A stretch of 64,000 nt of DNA from Candidatus Binatia bacterium (GTDB lineage Bacteria > Desulfobacterota > Binatia > Bin18). The position numbers and the translations under genes are program-made. Positions 29,046 through 38,754 of the stretch are shown one piece after another. A model generated the notes under the pieces. It was given only the letters and a program-made list of their open reading frames with translations. It made no database searches and had not been told where the DNA came from. Numbering within the stretch: position 1 is the stretch's first letter; each line of letters opens with the position of its first letter. The stretch spans positions 2,112,001-2,176,000 of the forward strand of contig OY761159.2 of NCBI GenBank assembly GCA_963664395.2, in the 5' to 3' direction.

Positions 29046-30224
29046 GTGACTGCGGACGCTGATCTATTTCATCCCTCTGCAGAGCATCGTCTTTTACGCC
29101 GGACTATTCGGGAGTTTGTCAAAAAACGGGTTGAGCCGCAGGCGCTTGAGCACGACCGGCAGGAACGCTTCAATATCACGCTCTTTCGCGAGCTCGGTGC
29201 ACTCGGACTCCTGGGCATTACTGTGCCGGAACAGTATGGCGGCGCAGGCATGGATGCGGTGGCGGCCGTTATCGCTCATGAGGAACTGTCCGCCTCAGAC
29301 CCCGGTTTCTGTCTGGCCTACCTGGCACACGCCATGCTCTGTGTCAATAATTTCTGTCGCAATGCCAATGCCGAACAGCGACAGCGGTATTTACCCGCCC
29401 TCCTCTCCGGCGAATGGGTCGGAGGGATGTGTATGACGGAGCCCTCAGCCGGTACGGATGTGCTCGGTATGAAAACTCGGGCGGTCCGCCGTGGGGACAC
29501 CTATGCCATTACCGGTCGCAAGATGTTCATTACCAATGGCGCTCTTGACGACACGACGTTAGGGAACTTCTTTCTCGTCTATGCGCAAACGGAAAAGGGC
29601 CTGAGTTCGTTTGTTGTTGAGAGGGACTTTGCCGGCTTTTCGCTGGGCCAACGGCTCCACGGGAAAACCGGCATGCGCGCCTCAATGACCGCCGAGCTCG
29701 TCTTTGAAGACTGTCAGGTTCCGGTCGCAAATCGCCTGGGCCAAGAAGGCGATAGCGTGCTCCACATGATGCGCAACCTGGAGATCGAACGGGTCACTAT
29801 TGGAGCCATGTCCACGGGCATCGCCGGGCGGTGCGTCGAAGATATGACCCGCTATGCGAGTGAGCGTACCGCCTATGGGCAGCCGATTAATAGCTTTGGT
29901 CAGATCCAGCGCTACATCGCTGATTCCTATGCGCAATACATGGCTGCTCGGACCTATGTCTATCACACCGCGGGGATTATGGACCTGGATACACCCGGCC
30001 ACCGGGTTGACTCGGATGGCGTCAAGCTTGTCGCTACGACAATGGCGAAAACCGTCGCCGACAACGCCATGCAGGTGTTAGGTGGCTATGGCTATTTTAA
30101 CGAGTACGTTGTTGAGCGCTTATGGCGGGATGCGAAATTGCTGGAGATTGGAGGCGGCACCCTGGAAGCGCATCAAAAGAATATCACCAAAGACCTGACG
30201 CGTCACATGGACCTCATCCGCTAG
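29046..30224 (+). CDS. Acyl-CoA dehydrogenase (isovaleryl-CoA dehydrogenase-like)
   Basis: MTEPSAGTD, GRKMFITNG, QVLGGYGY...RDAKLLEIGGGT. Confidence 0.92.
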   Translation: MTADADLFHPSAEHRLLRRTIREFVKKRVEPQALEHDRQERFNITLFRELGALGLLGITVPEQYGGAGMDAVAAVIAHEELSASDPGFCLAYLAHAMLCVNNFCRNANAEQRQRYLPALLSGEWVGGMCMTEPSAGTDVLGMKTRAVRRGDTYAITGRKMFITNGALDDTTLGNFFLVYAQTEKGLSSFVVERDFAGFSLGQRLHGKTGMRASMTAELVFEDCQVPVANRLGQEGDSVLHMMRNLEIERVTIGAMSTGIAGRCVEDMTRYASERTAYGQPINSFGQIQRYIADSYAQYMAARTYVYHTAGIMDLDTPGHRVDSDGVKLVATTMAKTVADNAMQVLGGYGYFNEYVVERLWRDAKLLEIGGGTLEAHQKNITKDLTRHMDLIR

Positions 30225-30234
30225 GGAGAAAGAC

Positions 30235-30426
30235 ATGCGCTACCTATGGGACCGCATCATGATTGCCCTCATGGTTGGGGTGATTGGCTTTTGCATGTTT
30301 GAGATATGGAACGAAACCCTGGAGCCCCTCCGGTGTACGGTTGGCATCGGGGGAGCCGTGCTGGTGATTATCCTCAAACTGAACGCACTGAGGAAGCCGC
30401 AACAGGAGACACCCTCCAAGCCGTGA
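30235..30426 (+). CDS. Small two-helix membrane protein
   Basis: GGAG RBS, two hydrophobic segments, operon position. Confidence 0.55.
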   Translation: MRYLWDRIMIALMVGVIGFCMFEIWNETLEPLRCTVGIGGAVLVIILKLNALRKPQQETPSKP

Positions 30427-30440
30427 ATTCTGCATTCTCC

Positions 30441-30956
30441 ATGCGAAAAAGAATATCCAACGCGGGCTTTACCTTTATAGAACTGATCCTGGTCCTCGTC
30501 ATTATCAGTATTGCCTTTGCCATTGTCGCGCCTGCTGTCGGGAATCGTCTTAACCGTGGTGACCCGAAACGGACGGCGGCGCAGTTACGGACCACACTGG
30601 AACTCTTACGCCTGCGGGCAATCACAGGCGGCACAGAACAGCGGCTCATCGTTGACCCGCAAGACAATCGGTATTGGCAAGAGTCCGGGCGTCATGTTGC
30701 AGCTCGGGATGACAGTAAAAATGAGTCCGACCAGGACGATGAGCAGACCACTCCCTCGGACGAAGATGTCCAGCTATCAGCCACGAGTCTGTGGGTGCGG
30801 GAGGAGGGGGAAGTTGAGTTCCGCTTTTATTCGGACGGGACAAATTCCGGCGGGAAGATAACAGTGGAACAGCAGCGGGGAACGAACGTGGTCGCGTATA
30901 CCATCGCGCTCAATCCGCTGCTTGGAACCGCCACCGTCCACTATGCCGGAGAATAG
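30441..30956 (+). CDS. gspH: Type II secretion minor pseudopilin GspH
   Basis: GFTFIELILVL prepilin motif; FYSDGTNSGG. Confidence 0.8.
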   Translation: MRKRISNAGFTFIELILVLVIISIAFAIVAPAVGNRLNRGDPKRTAAQLRTTLELLRLRAITGGTEQRLIVDPQDNRYWQESGRHVAARDDSKNESDQDDEQTTPSDEDVQLSATSLWVREEGEVEFRFYSDGTNSGGKITVEQQRGTNVVAYTIALNPLLGTATVHYAGE

Positions 30957-31461
30957 TCAGAGGGCGGAGGGGAACCGCCACCCAGAGAGGGAGTCCGTGA
31001 AGTTGAGGGCTGCGCACATCGGGCGGGCCGGGTTTACTCTCTTAGAGGTCATGGTCGCGCTCTCTATCCTGGCGGTCGGCCTGGTGGCCGTGCTTGAACT
31101 CCTTGCCGGCAGTCTCCGTCTCACAGGCAAGGCCTCACACCGCACCCAGGCAGTCATCCATGCCCAGAACGTGATGGATGGGTTTTTTGCCCCGGATTTC
31201 CTGGAAGATGGAGAGGAAAGCGGAGAGCTGCCGGATGGTTTTTTTTGGCGGGCGCAGGTGCAGGAAATCTTTCCGGATGAAACCGAAGAAGAGGCCGCGG
31301 AAAGGGAAAACGATGCGCTGGGCGGCCAAACATCCTTGCTTCACATCAAGGAGATCACCGTCAGCCTCGGCTGGGAGGAAGGGGAGAGCCACCGGAGTTT
31401 CGAGCTGCGTTCCATGCGCCTCATGTACGAAGAGCCCGATAGCCTCAAAGAAGAGGAATGA
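30943..31461 (+). CDS. gspI: Type II secretion minor pseudopilin GspI
   Basis: GFTLLEVMVAL prepilin motif; gene order. Confidence 0.8.
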   Translation: MPENSQRAEGNRHPERESVKLRAAHIGRAGFTLLEVMVALSILAVGLVAVLELLAGSLRLTGKASHRTQAVIHAQNVMDGFFAPDFLEDGEESGELPDGFFWRAQVQEIFPDETEEEAAERENDALGGQTSLLHIKEITVSLGWEEGESHRSFELRSMRLMYEEPDSLKEEE

Positions 31462-32219
31462 AAAGAATGAACGTGTCCTCCAATGATCCAAAGCTGCTGG
31501 ACACGTTTACTCTTTTAAGCGTGCGATCCGCCCGCGGCTTTACCCTGCTTGAACTCCTCATCAGCCTGACGCTGATGAGTCTGGTCACCCTCGGCGTCTA
31601 TGCCGCGCTCAGCTTTGGCGCCAACGCGATCGAACGCGGCGAATCCCGGAGTATTGAGAACCAACGTGTCCGGGCGGCCCTTTCACTGATTGTCCGCAAA
31701 CTGAAGTCCGCCTACCCGCTCATGCTGCTGGTCGATGGCAAGCGCCTCGTCTACTTTTTTGGTGACGAAGAGGAACTCCGTTTCGTGGCCTCTGCCGACC
31801 GGCCTGAAATCGGCGGGTTGGAGAAGGTCTCCTACTTCATCAAAGAAGAAGACGGAGCGCGCGAACTGTGGATGCGTATTTCGGCGCCGACCTTACCGGC
31901 AGATCTAGCCGAAGAGCGCGAGGGAAGTTTATCCTTGGAGGCCGAGGTTCTGTCCGATGTTGACGAGCTGGTCTGGGAGTATTTCGGGCAGCGGCAAAAC
32001 GAAGACGAAGAAGCCTGGCATGAGAGTTGGAGCGGGGAGGAGGAGCCGAAGTTGCCCCAGGCCGTGCGGCTGTCGTGGCGCGCCACCCCGTCTGATAGAG
32101 GGGGGATGGGGGGGATGCCGAACGAATGGCAGATCGAGGTCTCGATTCAGGTCCGGGAGCCTGTTGCGGAACTGCGTCGCACTCCCCAGAACCGCCGGCG
32201 GAACCGGGGTCGGAGATAA
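31458..32219 (+). CDS. gspJ: Type II secretion minor pseudopilin GspJ
   Basis: GFTLLELLISL; C-terminal W...LPQAVRL. Confidence 0.85.
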   Translation: MKRMNVSSNDPKLLDTFTLLSVRSARGFTLLELLISLTLMSLVTLGVYAALSFGANAIERGESRSIENQRVRAALSLIVRKLKSAYPLMLLVDGKRLVYFFGDEEELRFVASADRPEIGGLEKVSYFIKEEDGARELWMRISAPTLPADLAEEREGSLSLEAEVLSDVDELVWEYFGQRQNEDEEAWHESWSGEEEPKLPQAVRLSWRATPSDRGGMGGMPNEWQIEVSIQVREPVAELRRTPQNRRRNRGRR

Positions 32220-32224
32220 CGGCC

Positions 32225-33235
32225 ATGCGGAACGAGCGCGGCGTTGTCCTGCTTGTTGTTGTGTGGGCACTGGTGGTGCTCATGGTTGTGGCGATTGAGC
32301 TGGGCCGCACCGCCCGGGTGGAGGGGCTGAGTACGGATGTCTACCAACAGGAGGTCAAAACCTATTATTTGGCCGTCGCCGGACTGAACCGCGTCCTCTA
32401 CCAGCTCATCCGAACGAGCCAGCAGGGCCGCACGCGCAATCTCCAGGACGATGATCGGCTGGGCCCGCGCGACCGGCTGAGCGATGATGAGACCGAGCAG
32501 GAGGAATGCCCGGACCTCTGGCTGCTGGGCGATGGCCAATGGAGAAACGAACCCTATGGCGAGGGCGGCTATCAGGTCCGCGTCAGTGATGAGACCGGCA
32601 AAATCAATATCAACCAGGCGGATGAGCTTATTTTACGTCAAACCTTTACCAATCTGGACTTTGACCCGGACTTTGGGGATGCCCTGGCTGATGCCATCCT
32701 CGACTGGCGCGACCCGGATGCGTTAGAGCGGCTGAATGGGGTCGAGAGTGAGTACTACTTAGAGCAGGACATTTCCTACCCGGCCAAGGACGGGCCGCTC
32801 GACACGATTGATGAGCTCCTGCTGATTCGTGACGTCAGCCAGGACCTGTTCTACAACACCCTCAATAGAGTGTTCACGGTATATGGCAATGCACGCAGCG
32901 GCAATATGGCCAATACACAAACGGCGAACGCCTTAGTGCTCCGGGCCATACAGGGGGTTGATGCGGAAACCGCGGAGGAAACGATCCGGCAAAGGCGCGA
33001 AAACTGCGGGGAAGAGTTCTTGGACGCGACCGCGGCACGCGGGGGTCTGCCCACGATTGTCACCATAGAGAGCGTCGGCTATCTGCATACCGGCCGTATC
33101 ACCCGCCGGCTGGCCGGCGTGATTGATCGCACGGGGAGCCAGTATCGGATGCTGCGCTGGCAGGACCGTCTGCCCGCACAAGCCCTCCCGCTCAGAAAAG
33201 ACGCTTTTGAAGACGAGGAAGAGGGGTGGTTCTGA
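32225..33235 (+). CDS. gspK: Type II secretion minor pseudopilin GspK
   Basis: ERGVVLLVVVW, DETGKININ, DAILDWRD.D; start at ATG 32225. Confidence 0.9.
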   Translation: MRNERGVVLLVVVWALVVLMVVAIELGRTARVEGLSTDVYQQEVKTYYLAVAGLNRVLYQLIRTSQQGRTRNLQDDDRLGPRDRLSDDETEQEECPDLWLLGDGQWRNEPYGEGGYQVRVSDETGKININQADELILRQTFTNLDFDPDFGDALADAILDWRDPDALERLNGVESEYYLEQDISYPAKDGPLDTIDELLLIRDVSQDLFYNTLNRVFTVYGNARSGNMANTQTANALVLRAIQGVDAETAEETIRQRRENCGEEFLDATAARGGLPTIVTIESVGYLHTGRITRRLAGVIDRTGSQYRMLRWQDRLPAQALPLRKDAFEDEEEGWF

Positions 33236-33317
33236 GCCGGCCCTTCCTATTCCGGCCATACCACGTCAGCCCGCACGGGACTTGCCTGTCGAGCCGGTCT
33301 CAGCCACAACAGGCGTC

Positions 33318-36300
33318 ATGCCGACCCCGAACACAAAACTCACAACAGCAGTCGAAACCTATCTGACTGACCTCCGCCGCATACGGGCCTCGGGCGGCGC
33401 AACCGGCGAGCGGTCATACTATCCGGCACTGTCCGCCCTGCTCGACGCCGTGGGTGCCACGCTGAAACCCAAGGTGTTCTGCGTGGCCGAACTCGCGGCT
33501 CAAGGGGCGGGTCATCCCGACTTCGGGCTCTACACGGCCAAGCAAGTGCAGAGGGGCCAGCCGAAGGAAGGCCAGGTGCCAGAACGCGGCGTCGTTGAAG
33601 TCAAGTCTACCAGCGACGACGCTTGGCTGACTGCGAACAGCGCCCAAGTCAGCCGCTATTGGGAGCGTTACCGGCTGGTGCTGGTCACCAACACACGCGA
33701 TTTCGTTCTGGTGGGTGAAGACACCGCCGGCCAGCCGGCTACGCTCGAAACCTTCCGGCTTGCGGAAAGCACGGAAGACTTCGCCCGGCGCTTGGAAACG
33801 CCGCGGGCGTTGGCCCGTACAGTCGGTGCCGGGCTCGGGGAATATCTCTGCCGCGCCCTGTCACACCGGGCCGCCCTGACCGAGCCGAAAGACCTGGCCT
33901 GGCTGCTGGCGTCCTACGCCCGCGACGGCCTCTCTCGGGTCGAGGCAGCAGGAGACGACGCCCCGTCGCTAGCCGCCGTGCGCGCGGCGTTGGAAGAGGC
34001 ACTCGGGGTACGCTTCGAGGGCGACAAGGGAACGCGATTCTTCCATTCAACCCTAGTCCAGACCTTATTCTACGGGGTATTCTCCGCCTGGGTATTGTGG
34101 GCACGGCAGGCACCCTCCCCAAGGGGGACGTTCAACTGGCATGAAGCCGTGTGGCATCTCCGCGCCCCCGTGCTGGCCGCTTTATTCTCGCAGCTTGCGC
34201 AACCCGGCCGGCTGCAACCGCTCGGCCTGGTCGAAGTCCTGGACTGGACTTCCTCTGCCCTCAACCGCGTAGACCGTACGGCCTTCTTCGCCCGCTTCAA
34301 CGAAGGCGACGCCGTGCCCTATTTCTACGAACCCTTCCTCGAAGCCTTTGACCCCGAACTCCGGAAACAACTCGGCGTGTGGTACACGCCCACCGAAGTA
34401 GTCCGCTACATGGTCGCCCGCGTGGATAAGGCGCTGAAAGATGACCTAGATATCCCGGACGGGCTCGCTGCGGACAATGTCTACGTCCTGGACCCGTGTT
34501 GCGGGACCGGGGCGTATCTGGCCGAAGTGTTGCGCCGCATTGCCGTAAATCTCACTGGCAAAGGCATGGGCGCACTCGCCGGTGCGCGGGTCAAACAGGC
34601 GGCTATGAATCGGGTGTTCGGCTTCGAGATCATGCCCGCCCCGTTTGTCGTGGCGCATCTGCAAGTCGGCCTGACCATGCAGGACTTGGACGCGCCCTTG
34701 GCGGACGATGGCAATGAACGCGCCGGCGTCTTCCTCACCAATGCCCTGACCGGCTGGGAACCCCATACCACCAAGCCGCTCCCCTTCCCCGAGTTGGAAG
34801 AAGAACGGGACCGAGCCGAGCGGGTCAAGCAGAACACCCCGATTCTGGTGATTCTGGGCAACCCGCCCTACAACGGCTATGCCGGTATGGCCGTAGACGA
34901 AGAGCGGGTACTGTCGGACGCCTACCGGGTGACCAAGCGGGTACGGAAACCCGAAGGCCAAGGGTTGAACGATCTGTATGTGCGCTTCTTTCGCATGGCG
35001 GAACGACGGATTGCCGAGAAGACGGGCCAAGGCGTGGTGTGTTTCATCTCCAACTATTCATGGCTGGATGGGTTGTCGTTCACCGGGATGCGGGAGCGCT
35101 ATCTGGAAGCGTTTGACGCCATTCGGATTGATTGTCTCAATGGCGACAAATACAAGACCGGCAAGACCACCCCGGACGGAACACCCGACCCGAGCATCTT
35201 TTCCACGCCAAGTGACCCGGTGGGGATTCAGGTGGGGACGGCCATTACGACCTTGGTCCGTAAGGCCGATCATGCATCGGCTGAAACCATTGGCTTCCGG
35301 CATCTGTGGGGGCAGGCGAAGCGAGAAGACCTGTTGGAGACGGCGGAGACGGAACCGGCGACGCTCTATGACGGCATTGAACCGGTGTTGCCGCTCGGTC
35401 TGCCGTTCGTGCAAACAGCAGTGAGTGAGGGCTGGTTCGACTGGCCGGCGCTGCCTAATCTGTTCCCAAAGTCATTTCCAGGGGTGACCACCAACCGAGA
35501 CGCCTTCCTCGTTGATATTGACCTCGACCGGCTCAAAGCGCGTATAAACGATTACTTCGACTCGGACCTGAGCCATGAGGAGATTGTACGGCGTTACCCG
35601 GTCGCCATGAAGGAAACATCGTCCATACAGTCTAATGCTCGACAGGTCCGCAACATACGTCTCACACGCGGCGGCCCGGACGAGTCCGGCTTCGTGCGCC
35701 ATGCCTATCGACCCTTCGATACGCGATGGCTCTACTGGGAAGAAGATTCCGGGTTGCTGTCTCGCCCATGTCCCGATTCCAAGCCGCATGTGTTCGAGGG
35801 AAATTTGTGGCTGGTCTCGCAGCAGAAACCGCGGCGGGCATGGTCGCCACCGCAAGTGATTTCACACATCGGCTGTTATGATCTCATGGACCGGAACTGT
35901 TCTTGTTTCCCCGTTTGGCTCAGAAGCGATGGTGTCGGAGATAACAAGGACCGTCGTCCGAACCTCTCGGGTACGGCGCAACGCTACCTTAGACGCCTTG
36001 GTCAGGACGTGGAAGACCTGTTTCACCACGTCCTGGCCGTGTTGCACGATCCTGCCTACCGCGAGGCCAACGCAGGAGCACTCCGCATGGAATGGCCCCG
36101 CATCCCGCTGCCCGGTTGGCCCGATGGAGACGCCTCCGAGGCGGATGAAACCCTTGCCCGCTCCGCTGCACGGGGCCGCGAACTGGCCGCCCTGCTTGAT
36201 CCCGAAACCCCCGTGCCCGGCGTGACGACCGGAACCCTGCGCCCGGAGGTCGCTGCCATTGCCGTCCCCGCCACGGTGAACGGACGCAACATGGACGGAG

Positions 36301-36683
36301 ACGACTTCGCACTGACCGCTGGGTGGGGCCATTACGGCACGGGCGACGCGGTGATGCCCGGCCAAGGGCGCGTTGTTGAACGCGATTACACGGCGGACGA
36401 ACACGCCGCTCTGGGCGATACTATTGGGGTACTCGGTCAGACCACGTTCGACATCTATCTGAACGGCAACGCCTACTGGCGCAACGTCCCGGCTGCCGTC
36501 TGGCGCTACAAGCTGGGCGGCTATCAGGTGCTCAAGAAATGGTTGTCGTACCGCGAACGGGCGGTGCTGGGGCGGGCGCCGTTGCCGGAGGAGGTGGGGT
36601 ATTTTGCGGAGGTGGCACGGCGCATTGGGGCGATATTGGTGGCGACCGATACGCTAGCGGTGTCGGATGACGCCTTAGGCTAA
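33318..36683 (+). CDS. Single-chain restriction-modification enzyme (type IIG/IIL-like: nuclease, gamma-class N6 MTase and ISP-type specificity domain)
   Basis: N-terminal PDFG...VEVK, GVWYTP, LDPCCGTG, GNPPY, YRPFD, C-terminal GGYQVLKKWL; no helicase motifs seen; start at ATG 33318. Confidence 0.85.
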   Translation: MPTPNTKLTTAVETYLTDLRRIRASGGATGERSYYPALSALLDAVGATLKPKVFCVAELAAQGAGHPDFGLYTAKQVQRGQPKEGQVPERGVVEVKSTSDDAWLTANSAQVSRYWERYRLVLVTNTRDFVLVGEDTAGQPATLETFRLAESTEDFARRLETPRALARTVGAGLGEYLCRALSHRAALTEPKDLAWLLASYARDGLSRVEAAGDDAPSLAAVRAALEEALGVRFEGDKGTRFFHSTLVQTLFYGVFSAWVLWARQAPSPRGTFNWHEAVWHLRAPVLAALFSQLAQPGRLQPLGLVEVLDWTSSALNRVDRTAFFARFNEGDAVPYFYEPFLEAFDPELRKQLGVWYTPTEVVRYMVARVDKALKDDLDIPDGLAADNVYVLDPCCGTGAYLAEVLRRIAVNLTGKGMGALAGARVKQAAMNRVFGFEIMPAPFVVAHLQVGLTMQDLDAPLADDGNERAGVFLTNALTGWEPHTTKPLPFPELEEERDRAERVKQNTPILVILGNPPYNGYAGMAVDEERVLSDAYRVTKRVRKPEGQGLNDLYVRFFRMAERRIAEKTGQGVVCFISNYSWLDGLSFTGMRERYLEAFDAIRIDCLNGDKYKTGKTTPDGTPDPSIFSTPSDPVGIQVGTAITTLVRKADHASAETIGFRHLWGQAKREDLLETAETEPATLYDGIEPVLPLGLPFVQTAVSEGWFDWPALPNLFPKSFPGVTTNRDAFLVDIDLDRLKARINDYFDSDLSHEEIVRRYPVAMKETSSIQSNARQVRNIRLTRGGPDESGFVRHAYRPFDTRWLYWEEDSGLLSRPCPDSKPHVFEGNLWLVSQQKPRRAWSPPQVISHIGCYDLMDRNCSCFPVWLRSDGVGDNKDRRPNLSGTAQRYLRRLGQDVEDLFHHVLAVLHDPAYREANAGALRMEWPRIPLPGWPDGDASEADETLARSAARGRELAALLDPETPVPGVTTGTLRPEVAAIAVPATVNGRNMDGDDFALTAGWGHYGTGDAVMPGQGRVVERDYTADEHAALGDTIGVLGQTTFDIYLNGNAYWRNVPAAVWRYKLGGYQVLKKWLSYRERAVLGRAPLPEEVGYFAEVARRIGAILVATDTLAVSDDALG

Positions 36684-36693
36684 TCCGACCGAC
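36661..36693 (-). repeat. GTAG-family REP-like palindrome, copy 1 of 8 (others at 37395-37425, 38389-38419, 39908-39938, 41340-41370, 57986-58016, 58527-58560 variant, 63002-63032)
   Basis: Consensus GTAGGTCGGATTAGC-N3-4-GCGTAATCCGACA, read by eye at each site. Confidence 0.85.
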
Positions 36694-36719
36694 GGGACTC
36701 ACTATATCCTCCCGAATTA

Positions 36720-37307
36720 TCAACCAGATTTTGGCATAAAAACGTTTTCGTAGTATTTCTTCAGCCTTTCGGGCATTGTTGCTGGCGAAACTTGGTCTGT
36801 TCTCTGCTTTTCTTCTCTCTTGACGTCTTCTCCATACTTTTCTTGGTGTGTCTGGATGATGGCCCCGAGTGTGTCCGTTAGCAAGCCAGGGATCATTGGT
36901 AAGTCTTTTTCTGATTCCCTATAGCGTAACTCCTCAAAGCTGTCTTGATGTTCGTCTATGACCCCTTCCACCCGGATGCCCATTACTTTTCCATTCCCCG
37001 GGATGCCTATTGCCTCGCCCTTTTCACGGATGCGCTGTTGTGTTTCGGGAGCCAGCATGTCGTAGAGCTTCCGTAAATTATGAATGTTCTTTGGGGGTTT
37101 CCCCTCTCTCCGAATCAGCGCCTTGAGTGCGTTCTCGATTCCAAATGCCGCTAAGATGCTCTCTGCTAAGAATGGACCCCCTATTCGGACTCGTTCTTCT
37201 TTCGTTCCATTTATCGCTTTGTCAAATATCTTCTTGAGCGCCCCAGAAGACTGGTACATTGCTATAGCTGTCCCGATATTCTTGGCCGCTCTTTCTTTTT
37301 CGTCCAC
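36720..37307 (-). CDS. HEPN-like domain protein
   Basis: FGIENALKAL...HNLRKLYD.L...F.ELRY pattern typical of HEPN-fold proteins; AT-richer than its flanks. Confidence 0.6.
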   Translation of the reverse strand: MDEKERAAKNIGTAIAMYQSSGALKKIFDKAINGTKEERVRIGGPFLAESILAAFGIENALKALIRREGKPPKNIHNLRKLYDMLAPETQQRIREKGEAIGIPGNGKVMGIRVEGVIDEHQDSFEELRYRESEKDLPMIPGLLTDTLGAIIQTHQEKYGEDVKREEKQRTDQVSPATMPERLKKYYENVFMPKSG

Positions 37308-37404
37308 GTCTTTTCCTCCTGCCCTTCCATTATCATTCCGGTATCATTGCCGTTCTATATTTAGGCGAGCCAGGGAGGCAGATCAAACAGTCCCGTAGGT
37401 CGGC

Positions 37405-37695
37405 TTAGTGAAGCGTAAGCCGACAGCCCGATACCATTGCCGATATGAACAACCGAGCTGGATCAATGACCGAGCAGACCAATGAATGCCTCCCGGTCAC
37501 AATCCCGATGTCTTTCTGAATCTTGGACAGCAGGCCAACGCCGATCGTTTCATCACCATGAATGGGCACAACCGTGCTGCGTCCATCCGGGTGCTTCATC
37601 ATCGCATGACTCCCGCGTTGCCTCACGGCAGCAAAACCGGCCTTCCGCAGAGAGCGGACCACATGGGCACCCGTCACGCGCGGGAGTCTGGTCAT
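37405..37695 (-). CDS. hicA: HicA toxin (C-terminus apparently frameshifted)
   Basis: GFAAVRQRGSH...VVPIH; the natural end DREAFIGLLGH-stop lies in another frame near 37500. Confidence 0.8.
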   Translation of the reverse strand: MTRLPRVTGAHVVRSLRKAGFAAVRQRGSHAMMKHPDGRSTVVPIHGDETIGVGLLSKIQKDIGIVTGRHSLVCSVIDPARLFISAMVSGCRLTLH

Positions 37696-37904
37696 ACAGA
37701 GATTCTTTGTACACCGACCAGTTCCAGCGGCCTCGGCGCGTCTTCGCCCTCGACCTCAAGCCAGAGGGCGATTGCCTCTTGCATCCGTTCGAGCAATTGG
37801 TCAATGGACGAGCCCTGAGTATGGCAGCCTGGAAGAGCGGGAACACTCCCCACGTAAGAGCCGTCTTCATCTCTCTCGATAACGATGGTGTATTCAGCGC
37901 TCAT
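37692..37904 (-). CDS. hicB: HicB antitoxin (short form)
   Basis: IERDEDGSYVGSVPALPGCHTQG...EAIALWLE. Confidence 0.9.
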   Translation of the reverse strand: MSAEYTIVIERDEDGSYVGSVPALPGCHTQGSSIDQLLERMQEAIALWLEVEGEDAPRPLELVGVQRISV

Positions 37905-38024
37905 TTGGTGCTCCCCTAGGTTGATCTGGGCGGTCGTAGGCCCTGACGATTCTGTTGGACTGGCTCAGTATGGTCCAGTCCAATCGCCATCTCAAGCGGG
38001 CCGGCTGGTTCAGGGGATGGGCTA

Positions 38025-38136
38025 GGCGGCGATCAACAGAGAGAAGCAAATCAAGAAGTGGCAGCAGGCCTGGAAGCTGGCCCTGATCGAAAAACAGAAC
38101 CCGACGTGGCGGGATTTGTCTGACGCACTCGTCTGA
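38025..38136 (+). pseudogene. 3' fragment of a second GIY-YIG nuclease copy
   Basis: AINREKQIKKWQQAWKLALIEKQNPTWRDLSDALV-stop, near-identical to the end of 38461-38754 and followed by the same palindrome. Confidence 0.85.
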
Positions 38137-38163
38137 CTGGATTCCTGCTTTCGCAGGAATGAC
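38137..38163. repeat. GTCATTCCTGCGAAAGCAGGAATCCAG palindromic repeat (also 38426-38452, 38755-38781, partial 38802-38816)
   Basis: ATTCCTGC-N4-GCAGGAAT hairpin; an inverted pair brackets the GIY-YIG gene. Confidence 0.9.
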
Positions 38164-38173
38164 GGGAAGTGCC

Positions 38174-38377
38174 TTAACCGGCGAATGACTTGAGCAACAG
38201 TGAAACGACGCCTGCAACAATCGCGCTGCTCATCCACTTCACGACCGACAATTCCCGTTCAATGGGCGTAAAGTCGGCCTTGGTCGCCAGACTTTCTTCT
38301 GACATGGCCTGAGCGGCCGCCCGCGCCTTTTCTTCGGGTGCTCCCGCCGCTATAGGACCGTTCCTTATCATGGGCAA
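38174..38377 (-). CDS. DUF1640-like coiled-coil/membrane-anchor protein, probably 5'-truncated
   Basis: AGAPEEKARAAA...LATKAD...VVKWM...hydrophobic tail. Confidence 0.5.
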   Translation of the reverse strand: MPMIRNGPIAAGAPEEKARAAAQAMSEESLATKADFTPIERELSVVKWMSSAIVAGVVSLLLKSFAG

Positions 38378-38460
38378 GCAGCCGGGCCGTCGGATTACGC
38401 CTCCGGCTGATCGACCGACGGGACTGTCATTCCTGCGAAAGCAGGAATCCAGAAGTTCCC

Positions 38461-38754
38461 ATGACCGAAAAACAGCCGACCGTGTATATCCTGGCCAGCC
38501 ACCGCAATGGAACGATCTATACGGGCGTCACGGGTAATCTGGTGGCACGAATGTGGCAGCACAAAAACGACCTGGTTGAGGGGTTTACCAAAAAGTACGG
38601 CGTCCACACCTTAGTGTATTATGAAGTGCATGAAGATATGCGGTCGGCTATCAATAGAGAAAAGCACATCAAGAAGTGGAAGCGGGCCTGGAAACTGGCT
38701 CTGATCGAAAAACAGAATCCGACGTGGCGTGACTTGTATGACGCTCTCGTCTGA
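38461..38754 (+). CDS. Small GIY-YIG nuclease
   Basis: VYILASHRNGTIYTGVT.NL..R..QH, AI.REK.IKKW.R.WK. Confidence 0.92.
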   Translation: MTEKQPTVYILASHRNGTIYTGVTGNLVARMWQHKNDLVEGFTKKYGVHTLVYYEVHEDMRSAINREKHIKKWKRAWKLALIEKQNPTWRDLYDALV

